Origin: Hormiphora californensis
Lineage: Eukaryota > Animalia > Ctenophora
Direction: 5' to 3'
Length of the DNA stretch: 64,000 nt
NCBI GenBank assembly: GCA_020137815.1
Contig: CM035350.1
Location: forward strand, 5,518,001-5,582,000
Of the stretch, positions 34,881 through 48,400 are shown one piece after another. The notes under the pieces are model-generated. The model had not been told where the DNA came from and did not search any database. It saw only the letters and a program-made list of their open reading frames with translations. Numbering within the stretch: position 1 is the stretch's first letter; each line of letters begins with the position of its first letter. A program made the translations under genes and the position numbers.

Positions 34881-37230
34881 AGCATACATTCTCTCCCCAG
34901 TTGTTCTCAATTGGGGAAGTGTAACGCACCACTTGTTGACTCCCTCAGAGGGCACTAGGACTCTGGATGGGACTTGCTGAGGACTCCCGGCTCCATAGCC
35001 CTCCAGAAGGGGTTCCTGCAGTGGCTGATAGTAGGGATGGGGGCCAGGCTGGATATGGCGCTGGAAGAATACCATCACAGGGGGTTTGAGACCCTCTCTA
35101 CAGGACTATCATGCCCAATCGGGGATGGAATGGCTAGATTAGAAAATAGGCATTGTAAATAATTCATTAAAACTAAACACTAAAGTGCCAAGTTTTCCCG
35201 AATTTTTAAGACCTTTGACAATGCAACCAGATCAAGTCTTGATCTTATCAGGAGACGGAGGATATGATCAAAAGAGTTGTCCACACGCCAAGACTTTTTT
35301 TGTGTTAAATAAAATGCACCGGTTCGCCCAAATATTAAAATAGGCTAGATCTCGGATTTAATGGAATCTTGGAATTGACCTTTTCATCCCCAGGGAGGAT
35401 AGGATAAAGATTTTTTAAGTCTATTTCACCTTGGTATGGACTTACATATTATATTAGGAATTATTCCATTTAAGTTATCAGAAGTAGTTATTGAAGGGGC
35501 CCACTGCCGCGACAGGTATTAGATATCCTCCTTTTAATGACTTTAGAGGTGAACCGGGGTGAAAATCTTCCTCTCTCTAGTCTCTCATCCTCCTCTATCT
35601 TCCTCTCTGCTATCCGTCCCTCTCTCCACACAGCTTTGCAATATATTAACATTCGGACCGGGGATTCACGCCGGGGACGGTCGAAATTTTCAGCTTTTCT
35701 GCTATTTGAACCTTTCATTGCGGGTGTTATAGTGACGATAGGCTGGATTGACACAACAACAGTCTCGAATCTTTAGTCCGCACATGATGCATGCATGACG
35801 TTTTCAATGCACACGTCAAAAATGTGAGTCTCAGCTCTTCCCTCTATTTTCTTGTTTGAATTCTAGATGGCTCAAACACATTGGCGTGAATTGCTTGCCA
35901 GCGGCCCAATTTCAGACGGTCATAGGCTCCACTCCCGGTGAGATATAGACTCGGAAAGTTGTTGTTGTAAGAAGAAACGACATGATCTCCTTACAAAAAA
36001 ATTTTCGGAGTCTATATTTATCGGGGTTGGATCTATGGCCGTTCTGAAATTTGCGCTGACAAAGCAACTCCACGCCAACGTGTTTGCTGGGTACTATAGT
36101 ATAAAACCCATAAAATGCTGACATAAAATTTCTATGATGCCTATAATAGCTGCCTATATTTTGTCCTATGATACCGATAGTGTCTCGAGCTGTCAGGTTC
36201 ACCGTTTTTTCAATCAACCTCGTTCTAGTTGTTACCTTTACTCTCGTTATTGAAGCTCCCTATATTCAAAGAAACTTTGTCTTTAGAAACCAGATCGAGA
36301 GAGTAGTAAGCAATCCAAAAACTAAGAATTTTTTAACTTTATTAAAAAAACTAAACCAGGTAGGGGCTCATATTTTGTTGGGGCGTTTCTAAATGTGCGA
36401 TTTGGGATTTTCTTATAAAAATACGACTGAAGCGAGAGTAAAGTAGTTCAAAGAAGCCCCAACATATGTTGTTAAGGGGGATAATTACAAAAGGATGTCC
36501 GTAATTTTGGTCATTTTAACACCCCCCCAATCTCCCTCCTCCCGTCCAGTTTCGTACCACCAACCGAGTATATCTAGCAGAAAAATCAGTAACAAGAATA
36601 TTATCTGCATTATGTTTTCATAATGCTATGTTTCCCGCCAACCTTTATTTTCATAACGCACATCTAAGGGGAAGGCGGGACCAGGCCTTTCCGATCATCT
36701 ATGGGAATCAGTCCAAACGTATAGAACAAATCATTGTGTGTTAGTAGCACTAAATTGCGCGCCACATGGGCGGCTAACAGTTCTGTGAAAACGTGGCCAT
36801 TGAAGTATTTGAGAAGAGCAACATCGTTTTGTCCCTCGCAATGAGCGGGTTCGCTTACAAAAAAGCGTGACAACTTCAATAGTATGTAAAATAAAATTGT
36901 CGAATTTCTAAACCCTTATGCCTTTTTACAAAAGGCTCCGGGTGAATGCCCTTCGGCATTTCACGGGCGGGGAAAGTTTCCTCAAAAAAGTCCGAATTGA
37001 ATCAACCCCTCCCCCTTTTTGAAATCGCCCATAACACCGCAAAGGTAGTCGGAGATGAGAGAAGGGTGGAGATGAGAGCGTTGATATTGCTCGTCTTGTC
37101 TGGGGGACCTACTTAGAGAAGAGGGGTTCTCGGTTCATGGGTCATCTCTCAACAGCAGATATCAACTTCACCTGATAGATCTGGTAACACCCCAAGCTGC
37201 ACCACCCTTTGAACCACGACAGTAACCGGT
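34881..37230 (+). other. Probable further upstream PRKDC copy B exons, frameshifted and unresolved (about 34.9-35.1, 35.5-35.66 and 37.05-37.23 kb)
   Basis: GC-richer, Leu-rich HEAT-like coding stretches directly upstream of the confirmed exons; the first follows a ttctctccccag acceptor. Frames are broken, probably by indel errors. Confidence 0.4.
35657..36965 (+). mobile_element. Possible Helentron-like insertion in a PRKDC copy B intron
   Basis: subTIR-like attcacgccgg (35664) / ccgggtgaat (36938) overlapping hairpin gaatgcc-cttc-ggcattt. No empty site is available to confirm boundaries. Confidence 0.3.
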
Positions 37231-37405
37231 AGAATGACATAAGCTTTAATATATGTACTACAACGTGTCCTCAGTGTGTCCTTAAACGTTCCGTAGACAG
37301 TATTTGCCTAGCTCTACCCTCTTTTATAAAATAAAATGGAACAAATCATATGTCAGTCTTATACCCAATAGCAATTATATTTTTCGATTTGCTATTTCTT
37401 CGCAG

Positions 37406-39328
37406 GAGTTTAAATTCTTCGAAGGACTTGCTCTTACGGAGAAAGGTTCCAAGAAAATATGGGATAATATCGAACCGCCTGCTAACGAAGGTAACGCAAT
37501 ATTCATTATTATATGGAATGGGTATATTTAATGCATTTAAAAAGTCATATATATTATCTTAAGGTTCTTCAAAAAGTGACACTTTTCAAACGCGAAATGT
37601 CTCTGGAGGGGCAGCAGCACAGCAAGAGGATGCAATTAATGATCTTGTAGTTGAGATGTCAAGTTTAAGTCAGGATCTTGCAGGCGGTTCCATGGTAACA
37701 GCGACCTCTCGAACGGGTATAGTACAGCTGCACGGAGAGATAGAAAGATAGAGAGAGAGATAGAAAGATAGATAGAAAGATATAAGAGAGAGAGATAGAG
37801 AGAGATAGAAAGATATAGGTCCGTGGAAATAGAGGTGGGAGTGTAGTAGTTTTGAGAGTTGTGTATAGGTGCTAATTATAGCTTTTTGCAGCTGCTGTGG
37901 CATCAACAAAGATTAGACGACCAGAGGACCCTTTCGTGATAATGTTAAACAGATTCAGTGAGAGTGCAGAAATGAAGGCAAGAATAGAGTCTATGTAAGT
38001 ACTAAGTAGAATACTTTTAATAGAATGCATCACATTATGTAGGTCTGATACTTTAGTAATATGGTAATGTGTTATACTCATATAGGCTCACATTATAAAG
38101 AGGTATATTTCAAAGAAACCTAGATAAAGTGCGATCATGTATAATACACCATGGAATCAAGCTGATATTCTTATAACCGATTTCGTCTATCCTCATCCAT
38201 GGAAATTTCCAGTTTTGCCGACTACACGATAAGTGACTCGATAAAGGCGGAGTTATGTGGTTGGGTGCTAAGCTCTGAACTAAAGGTAGCCCCAGTCACA
38301 TGGTTCTCATGGCTAGGATGCCGCGATATCGTGGACAAGTCTACCATACGAATCCTCTCTGCTGCTCTAATGGATTCCAAACCATTAATCAACCCACTAG
38401 CTGACGTAGGTGCAAATTGTTTAACCTCTCCATTAAATCTAGCCGTCTGTATCCGGAGTTAAATTTAGATCACAGCAGTGATTTTTCCATCGCGTCCCGC
38501 AAGGAGACGTCAATGATTTTGTTTCCTGGAATATAAATAGTTACCCAAGATGGTTATACATGTGGTTATATATGTAGAGAGCGACATGTCTCACTGGAAC
38601 ATTCCTCAGGACGTTGGTACTGTGGTTAAAGTTCTCCTGCTCAACTCAACAACGGGGCAGTATGGTCAGATGATCAACCTAACTACCCATATCCTTGAAA
38701 AGTGGCCATGTGGCACTATCAACACCTCATTTATTTCTCCGTTACTCGCCCGGGAGCCCCGTACAGCATGTCGTGCTTTGCTCATACTCCTTCTCACAGG
38801 GTCACTGTCCCTCACCGGACTGGGGGAGCTGTATGGGACGCTCATGACACTGATGCGTGATCCAAAGAAGCTCACATACGGGCCCGCTGGATCTGTTCTG
38901 GGTCACATCATGGGTCGTGCAGGGGGTCTGTCTGGAGAGCAGGTGGACGAGGTTCACTCTCTCCTACTATCGATTCACCGGGACCCCTTGTTGCTGAACA
39001 AGTTCTTATCCCTCGTACACCTGATCGGACAAGGACACCCAGAAACGGCAGTGAGATTCACTAGTAAACTCCTGGACAGCCTTCCTAAGGTTACCAACGG
39101 GAGGTTGTTAGGGGAAGTTCTGGCGGGTCTGAAGCACCTCAACGGTCCCGAGGTTGTAGCCGCTCTTCTCAACGCGGGGCTGGAGAAGTTTCTAAGGACG
39201 AGCAACGTGGGTAAAGCTGCAGTGGAAGTTCTGATAGGCAACATTGGATCCATCAACCACGAGGAGGTATTATACCTCATATCATATTATATTCAGATCT
39301 TGTTTGATAAATACTTGAAAATTCGTTA

Positions 39329-39400
<72 letters not shown>

Positions 39401-42400
39401 CCTGCTTGTTCGATTGCAACACAGTTTTCATTAAAATAGTTTAGTAAATAACACCATTTCAATAAGTGCAACAATCAACATTAAATAGTACGCAACCTGG
39501 TATCTTTTCATTTATTATCTATATTATCACCTTCTCTCACACAATGTGTTTCCCTTTTAGATATCTCGGATTCTGGGAGAAATGCTAAAAATATTAAGTG
39601 GAAGTGATGATGAATATGCAAGACTACTAATGGACTTTGCTGCTCTCTGCTTCCCCTCCCACCCCACTCCCTCGGCAGCAATTCTCTTTAGAGGTGTCTG
39701 CTCCACACCTGACCTCCGAGAGCACACTCTAACCCTTTGGCGAAATGATTGTCTGAAGGAATACTCGACGCTTGAGGAGAGACTCCGGGCCCTCCTCTCA
39801 CTGTACTCACCTCCCGCAGAAGAAGTCTTTCTGAGGGCAGTTAGTACGATTTGTGCAGGGTGTTACCCAGTTAATGACCTCTCTCGACCAGTGTTCCTGA
39901 AACCCCTCACACACAGGACAGTCACTGCAACCCAGGCCTTGCAGCAATTCTCTCTAACACAAGACGTTGGGGGATCACATAGCCTACTACTCTCAAAGAG
40001 GGGCACTGGTACCCAGACAATCCGAGAGAACATGAAAAGAAAGAGGAGAGAGGCCCAGGCAGCCCAGCGAAGTACTCTGCTGAAAATGGTCCGGAACTAC
40101 CGTGTAGGAGAGTTACCTGATATTGAGATTACATTTCACGATCTAATTGGACCTTTAGTTTCCATCTCCAGTCTATCCGATGCAATGGCGTCAGTGACTC
40201 TCCTCTCCCTAGTAACTCATCATGAAAAACTTGACTGTAAAGATGCCCTCCTTTCTATCCTTCGTACAACCAACTCCAGCACCCTGGGTCGGTTTTGTGC
40301 GGAGCTCTCCCTGCAATGTGGATACATCCACCCAGACCTATCCGGGTTGTGCCTGAAACATGGTACAATCAACCTGGCTAGCCTGGCAGCAGAGGATGCC
40401 TTGGGGGCGGGGTGTGGCTCTTGGGAGGCCCTGGGTGAGGTGTATCGAGCAGCATCCGACTACAACTCCCTCCTGGCTATTGCCACTCACCACCAGGAGC
40501 ACTCCTCCCCGGACACCATTACGGGTCTGCGTCTCCTAGCTGAAAGGGATTACGAGAGAGCTTTGGAGTGGCTGCAGGGTGGCTCCTCCTCCCGTCTATC
40601 TGAGCATGTGGTGGAGTGTTTAGTGAATCTAGGCAGGTGGCCAACTGGGCAGCAGCAGCAGGAGGAGGATATAGTGGACAGTGGACCTGGAGATCTTCTT
40701 TTTGATGCCACACCTGCCAGCAAGGTGAGCTAACTAATACGGGATGGGCAGGACAGGGACTGGTAACGGAATGGTCTTTATAGTATTATGGGGCATGCTT
40801 TAGCGGGGCTTTAGCTACCAAGTTTGGGGTGCTTTATAAAGCTTGGTACCAGTAGCCCTTGAGCTAGTGCTACCATGGTACCAACAGTAATCTAAATTTG
40901 TCAAGTTTAGCAAAATAGTTGCGACGGTCTCCTGACTCCTTACCACCGTGGTTGGGGGCCAGTTATTAGATGGAGTTAGATTGCTTTATCCGAGACACCG
41001 CGTGACTTGTATATATGTAATAATTACATCATGCAGGGTTAGCTCGCTACCTGTCTCTAGTCGGCGTGAGAAAAGGGTTGATAACTTAACTAAAACTACT
41101 TCCTCATTACAAACATATATACCCCAGGTTGAAATGATATGTGGTTTGTCAATCGAACGAGTTTCTGGAGATACGTCATGTCCAGCTGCTCTTGATGCCT
41201 TCTTGGAGGGGTGGTGTGGAGCAGAGCTAGCCGTTCAGCGGACATCTCTCCTGCGGACATGTCAACTGTTGGCCGAGGTGTCCGGAGATACCATGCCTCC
41301 CGACCAGTGTACAGTGACCCCCTGCCCACAGTCCACACCCCCGCGTTGCTGGTGGTCCCTTATTCGGGCGAGGGAGAAATTAGGTAGGTGTTTGTTGAAA
41401 TAATGGAACACTAGGTATGGCTATTAGGGTGTGCTATTTCAAATTTTTTTCGACTAGGCCATTTAGTATCTAGCTAATGTGAAACTATGGACAATTCTCT
41501 ATCACATCAGCAAAACAGAATCGAGATAGTGTTTGTCAGTTACGTTGGCATCGCAATTTAAAAAGTGTAGTTTTTAACCGAAAAATGGTAAAAACAGGGA
41601 AATATGTGTGGTTTTCACCAGTTTTTGACATGTTCTTGATATCAACTTTTTATGTTCAGGATCGTGTTCAGCACCTCGAAACTGACAAGAATTGATATGC
41701 ATCATTAAATGATGCTAAAGTTCATTTTTGACCTAAAAATGTTCATTTTTGACAAAAATTGTTCATTTTTGACAAAAAATATTCATTTTGGACATGTTCT
41801 TAAATTTTGAGAGCTTTTTCATGAACGGGATCGTGTTCCGCAGGCCAAAATTAGTCGATTACAACCAAAATTTGCTTCCCACCAAGAAAAAACTAAAAAA
41901 ATTAAAATTCGTCCCCACAATTCTGCAAGTTGGTAAAAAAGGGAGAAAATTTTTTATTTTTGTTCATAAAGTGGATATCTGAAGACTCAAACTGAAAGTA
42001 ACAGTTGTATAAGTTGTCACGAGACGATTTATATGTGTGTTTTGTTCGAAATCACGCCCTAAAACAGACTTTTTGAAATGAATATGCCCATATATGGGCA
42101 TAGCTCGTGCCAACGTAATTGGGCCATGGTAGAGCCAAAACTTTGTGATAAAATGTTTTAGAATGATCGTAGGAGCTCATTTAACCCGATACCAAGTGAA
42201 ATTTTGAATTAATTTGGGCATTTGAAAAAATAGCACACCCAGCAAATCCATAGCGGTTCCCTCAATTTTTTGCCGACATAGCCATTGGCTATGTCGGCAA
42301 AAAATTGAGGGAACCGCTATGGATGAAATGCTATGCATATCATATTGACTTACTTGACTTAAGGCGAGTGGTATTCGAAAACGCTGTATGTGAATATAAG

Positions 42401-45400
42401 AGATCATGGAGTGGGGAGACGGACGCTAGGTCTAACGCCTAATCGGACTCTAAATATAATACTTTTTGCTCAAAATTTAGAGAGGACTCTATGTCTACCA
42501 AGTCTAAAACAGGGGGACTTTATGTCTACAAAGTCTAAAAATAACGGTAGTTTAAGCCTAAAATCGTAGATTGCGAGCGATCGTTTTCGGCCGTTAGGCT
42601 GGAAACGAGAGCTCGCTGTGGTCCCTAACCTGTCCAGAATGGTTAGGGCTGTTGTTTGGGGTCGAGGTTAGGGTATTGTTAGGGTTAGGTTTTAGACCTA
42701 GAGTCCTGGGACTTAACTCTTTGTCTAACGCCTGAGTATGGGGGACTCTATGTATACCAAGTCTAACACAGGGGGACTCTATGTCTAAAATTTTTTGCTA
42801 AGTCTAAAAAAACCGGACTTTAATGTTAGACTTAGAGTCCGTTTTTGACTTAGAGTCCGCGACTCCATAGGAGTGAGACACCCGGAAACGAAAGCTGATC
42901 ATTCTGGGATACATATACCGCGCGGCCCAAAAAAAACTAAGGGTACGTTGGGCTTCTTTTCTCCCAGAAGTTTAATTTCAATCACTCTGATATTTTGTCA
43001 CAATATTTGTATGGTTACTCATTCGAGGAATCCGGAGTTTCAAAACATAAAAGTGTGAAGTTCATGAATGAACCCAATTTCTCGTTTTTCGGGTTTTTCC
43101 AAGTTTTCTTATGGTTAAATTCGATTTTATTCTTAAAAATAGCAACCATGCATTAGAGGGGGGGGGGTCGGCCGATATTGGCCTTGAATATAAATAGTGG
43201 TACACACACTTACAATGTCAATAATAAATTAAACAAACGGGGTCAATAAATTATATAAATAAAAGATTTAGTCTATTTGGTAGATACTGTCATCCCGACC
43301 GCTGCTGCCTTCTGCCCTCAGTCGTCCGCGGTGCCCCCTGATGGAAATGGTGACGGAGCGGACCATGGCAAATGACAACCTTAGCCTCAGGTACCGGATA
43401 CACTGATCGTATGAATATCCTGTTTTAGTCGCCTTCTTCTCAGCCAATTGTTTCAAAGTCTTATTAAATTCCCTTCCAAGGCCCCCTGTAGTTGACATGA
43501 CCAGTGGTGTGAATGTTGACTTTTCCACCTCTAGGACACGGTGGAGGTAGGATGTTTTCTTCTCTCTCTCGTGTTTTTCATATGTTTTGGCGATGGTCTG
43601 GTTTGAGTTGGACGATATCCTTGGATTGAAAATTCTTACATCGAAATAGATATTGTCCATATCCGACCAAAAGCCGCGACTACTGATGTCAAGTCTGGCG
43701 CCATCGGCTGTTATAGTGCCAGCCGGAAGATTCACCCCTCTAACATTTAGGAGATGGGGTTCGATCTTAGTGTCGACACATACTTTATTCAGTTCGTGGC
43801 CAATGAAATCTCTCACGTTGTTGTGTCGGAAACATACAAAACCTCCGAGTTTACAGGATATGAGGTGATCGATGGTGTTTTCTTCCCCACATGCACAATG
43901 CTGAGGTAAGGCCTGTCCGACGAGAGGCAGGTTATAACGGGCTGACATGGCGTCGTGCCACTCCTGTCTGTTGAGGGTGAAGTTCAAAGATTGGAGAGGG
44001 AGACATGTTAACCAGGATGAGGCCCCCTTTTCCATGAGTAGGTCCAGGTTTCTGATTTCAGCTGTAGTCATCATGTTTTTGATCTCGTCGATTTTCTTCT
44101 GATGAATATCGTTCTTGGTTCGGTGGATGAGGGTTTTCTTCTCTGCTCGTTCCTTTTGGTTGATTTTGAATGTTTCCTGTTGAGCTAGGACTGCAACTGA
44201 GAGCTCTTCAGTAACAAACTTTGAGAAACTGTAGTCTGAGTCTGATGATATTTGAGGGTTGTCTACTCCTAGTCCTCCGAATCTTACAGGGAGGGCTGCA
44301 ACCAATCTCAAGGTTTCATTTACAACTGGCTGACCGGTTATCGCCGGGAGGAGCTTCTGATGAATTTTCTCCTCAATAGTGCCTAGTTGGTCCGAAATCC
44401 CAGGAGTGGTTCTCATGAGATAGCTCCAACGTTTTGATAGTCCGATGTTGTATGCAGTGTATGCAAGCTGAGGTTCGTTCAGGGCAATATCACAAATCTG
44501 ATCAATTTCACTCTCCCATTTCGCAACTTCGTTCCTCACAAACTCTGCCTGACCTTCCTCCGTACCAATGTATGAACCCAGGTAACGCTGGCCCTGAGAA
44601 GTGATGTTTACATCAGGGAACATGGATCGAGCAGCTTCTTCAAATTCTGGTTTCACAATCAGCCAGGATTTCCCTGGATTTGGGAGATAGCCATAACCAG
44701 GTCCATCTTGTTTAACTTTCTCCCACCAGGTTTTTACAGTACTGAGAGTGCCCCCGCCAAGGCCGTCGTCTGCGTAAAAGATTTGAGTCAATTTAGAGTC
44801 CTTATCCTCAACAGACCGTATAAGCGGCATTAGGCAGCAAGCGTACATATGCATAGCAGCAGTATCTCCCTGGGTTGTCCCTTCAGACGACTTCAAAACT
44901 TCATTGTTCTCGCCATCGCATAAAAATAAGTTCGCGGTTAGTCCATATGTATTTTGTAAATAAATCTTAAATTCAGGGCAAGTGTATTTAACGTTGTTTA
45001 AGGCAGCAATTCGATTTAGGGAGTTGAAAGCATTACTCGCATCAATTAACAATAAACATTCAGTACTCTCAAGATCAAACAAGTCTCTAGCAGCGTGAAC
45101 AGCAGCTTCAACGCCGCCTTCCAACCCTGCACACAGCTGGACGGGTGCAGTACACTCTATCAGGTCTGGTTTGAGAGCTTGGGTAATGACTTTTCCAGCC
45201 AGTCTCCTCAGAACTTCCCCTATTCCAATGGGCCTGATACCTGTTGGCCGTTTGCTCAGTGGAACCAAGCGAGATGCAACATAGGCTGATAAAAGTTTTG
45301 GATCTGTAGGTTCTGTTGCTAGTTTGAAGGCAAAGGTGGCAATAGCCTGCGCTAGCTCGGAAGATGCAGGACTGAGTTTTTTAGATAGCAGCATATGCTT

Positions 45401-48400
45401 CCATAGATCGGAGTCAGCCCCTGATGGTCCTCCTGATCCGGATAACATTTTCGCTGCCTTGGTTACTGCCCCAGCTGATATCTCAGAGAACATGCAATGT
45501 GTATTCGGGAGTGCTGGTCCTTGAAGAAGGGATGATGTCTCTGAACTAGGTGGGTGTTTCTTGATCAGTTCACCCACGACTTCCGGTGTGATAGGAACCG
45601 GTGCGACATCACTGTCCCGTATCGCTCTCAGTGCTTGACTCACTTTTCCACGTAGCATGAGTCTCGTAAATGATTTCAGGGCGTTTCTCGACTTGTCATC
45701 CTTGCTGGGTAGTCTGCTTTGGATTACACGCCCTTCTCGCAATAATAAATCAAAGTCTCCGTTCCGAAAAATCGTCAGCCTTCTCTCGATTGCAGCAATG
45801 TGATCTCGGGACTTGCTGTTTGCAGAAGGTTTCTGCAGAACGAGAGGGAAGAGAATCATGAGGAGCATAATAGCATATGTCTTACTCCCTCCGTTGTTGT
45901 TGAAGGAATTCAAAATATTGGCTGCTTCATGCACAAAGTCTTTTCCAGCCTTTCCAGAGGGAACCATAACGAGGTTTTGCCTCCAAAAAACTACCTCATT
46001 GTAAGCACGACATACATCTCGATGAAAGTCAGATTCGTAGTGCTCGTCTGGGTCATTAGTTTCTGGCGTTATTGAAGCGATGTGGTCCTCTAGTAGTTTG
46101 ACTAGTTTAGCTTTGTTGGTGTTGGATTTGAAGGGGACTCCATAATCCCGCAGCTCCTTTTTGATATCTTCTGCTGTCCGTTTTTTCATCACGCATAACC
46201 TCAAATTAATTTGTTTAAAAAAAATGCATGCATTAGAGTAAACAATAATAAATGGCAATCCGAGTTTTTATCAAAAATGAATCAAGTTTAGTTGGTGAAA
46301 TAAATTATTAAAAAACGGTCATTTTTACCAAACATCGATTTTAACCCGTTTTGACAAGAAATTGGTAAATTCAGGCGCTAAAAATTCGTACGGCCGTTAC
46401 ACTTGATCGATATTGATGTTAGCTAGAATTTCGGCTCTCTATCTAAAAATTCATTTTTACGACTGGAATGAATCCTAAATGAACTTAAACAAAAAAGGTA
46501 TTCCAAACCGGAATTTCACAGTCGCCTTTGGGTAACGATTTCCTTTCAAACGCGACTAATTTTAGGTCAATTGTACCACCACAAGAGACACAGTGGCCAC
46601 TTTTCCGACACTAGGTCTGGCCAAGTGACCCCTATTGGACCGCTAGCGTCATTACTAAGTGCCAATAAGCAGGTGTAACGGTCGCGTATCACGTATCACA
46701 TCTGCTAATTAGGACGGTATACCGATACAGCGTCCGTTAGAATGTAAGTTCTCTTGCTAACACGTCATAATTTGATGGGGATCACATGACCCAACCTAGG
46801 CTTGGCAAGCTGGTCACTGTGATTCTTGTGGTGATCCAATTAAGCTCAAACTGGTCGCGTTCGAAAGAAAATCGATAGCCAAACAAATTTGTAAAACTTT
46901 GGGACCAAAATATGGTCCCGTTTTGGCGTTCATTAAATGTTCATTCGGGCGAAAAAAATGAATTTTCATCCAGAGGGCTGAAACTCCGGAATCCTCGAAT
47001 GATTAACCATACAAATATTGTCACAAAATATCAGAGTGATTGAAATTAAATTTCTAGGAGAAAAGAAGGCCAACGTACCCTTAATTTTTTTTGGGCCGCG
47101 CGGTATCTATCAATGCTGATTGATGATTTGGTCATGCTGGGCCATGGAGCAGCTTTGGGTTTGGAAGTGGAAGGCACAAACAACCCGGGCGGGGAAATGA
47201 AAATTGCAATATCGATCAAAATGAAACTTTTCACATTGCTTAGAGAGCTTGTTATAAACTCCGCTTGACAACTTAATTAGTTCTGGCTCTAATACGCTTT
47301 TTACCTGACAAAATGTAATTTATTTTACAACTGACAAAACCCTATCCATCAGTCTGTTAGTTATTTAACTGAAAAACGCGTACAGGCGAAGATGTCATGC
47401 CGTTGAGGGTAGCCGCGACGAAGGCTTGTCTGAATCTGAATTGTGCTACAATTCTGCAAGTTGGTAAAATTAGCAAGAAAAAAAGGGAGAAAATTTTTTA
47501 TTTTTGTTCATAAAGTGGATATCTGAAGACTCAAACTGAAAGTAACAGTTGTATAAGTTGTCACGAGACGATTTATATGTGTGTTTTGTTCGAAATCACG
47601 CCCTAAAACAGACTTTTTGAAATGAATATGCCCATATATGGGCATAGCTCGTGCCAACGTAATTGGGCCATGGTAGAGCCAAAACTTTGTGATAAAATGT
47701 TTTAGAATGATCGTAGGAGCTCATTTAACCCGATACCAAGTGAAATTTTGAATTAATTTGGGCATTTGAAAAAATAGCACACCCAGCAAATCCATAGCGG
47801 TTCCCTCAATTTTTTGCCGACATAGCCATTGGCTATGTCGGCAAAAAATTGAGGGAACCGCTATGGATGAAATGCTATGCATATCATATTGACTTACTTG
47901 ACTTAAGGCGAGTGGTATTCGAAAACGCTGTATGTGAATATAAGAGATCATGGAGTGGGGAGACGGACGCTAGGTCTAACGCCTAATCGGACTCTAAATA
48001 TAATACTTTTTGCTCAAAATTTAGAGAGGACTCTATGTCTACCAAGTCTAAAACAGGGGGACTTTATGTCTACAAAGTCTAAAAATAACGGTAGTTTAAG
48101 CCTAAAATCGTAGATTGCGAGCGATCGTTTTCGGCCGTTAGGCTGGAAACGAGAGCTCGCTGTGGTCCCTAACCTGTCCAGAATGGTTAGGGCTGTTGTT
48201 TGGGGTCGAGGTTAGGGTATTGTTAGGGTTAGGTTTTAGACCTAGAGTCCTGGGACTTAACTCTTTGTCTAACGCCTGAGTATGGGGGACTCTATGTATA
48301 CCAAGTCTAACACAGGGGGACTCTATGTCTAAAATTTTTTGCTAAGTCTAAAAAAACCGGACTTTAATGTTAGACTTAGAGTCCGTTTTTGACTTAGAGT

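Larger units (their letters stand above)
43159..46226 (-). mobile_element. Full-length CRE-clade (RLE-type) non-LTR retrotransposon, about 3.07 kb
   Basis: 12-bp TSD catgcattagag at 43147-43158 and 46227-46238. An empty site with a single catgcattagag is at about 48656-48667. Single intact ORF; 3' end is oligo-C. Confidence 0.93.
42918..47103. mobile_element. Tc1/mariner-type MITE (CCGCGCGGCCC, about 1.1 kb, TA TSD) hosting the CRE insertion
   Basis: Long TIRs, TA flanks; empty site gatacatatatctatc in copy A (about 5236-5250). A second CRE-free copy lies at about 48449-49532 with its left tip deleted. Confidence 0.85.

Noticed and set aside
46190-46258. N-terminal 23 aa of the 996-aa ORF in the track
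   Set aside because: It starts at a non-ATG codon outside the TSD and runs through the SL-like leader; the first internal ATG is at 46189.
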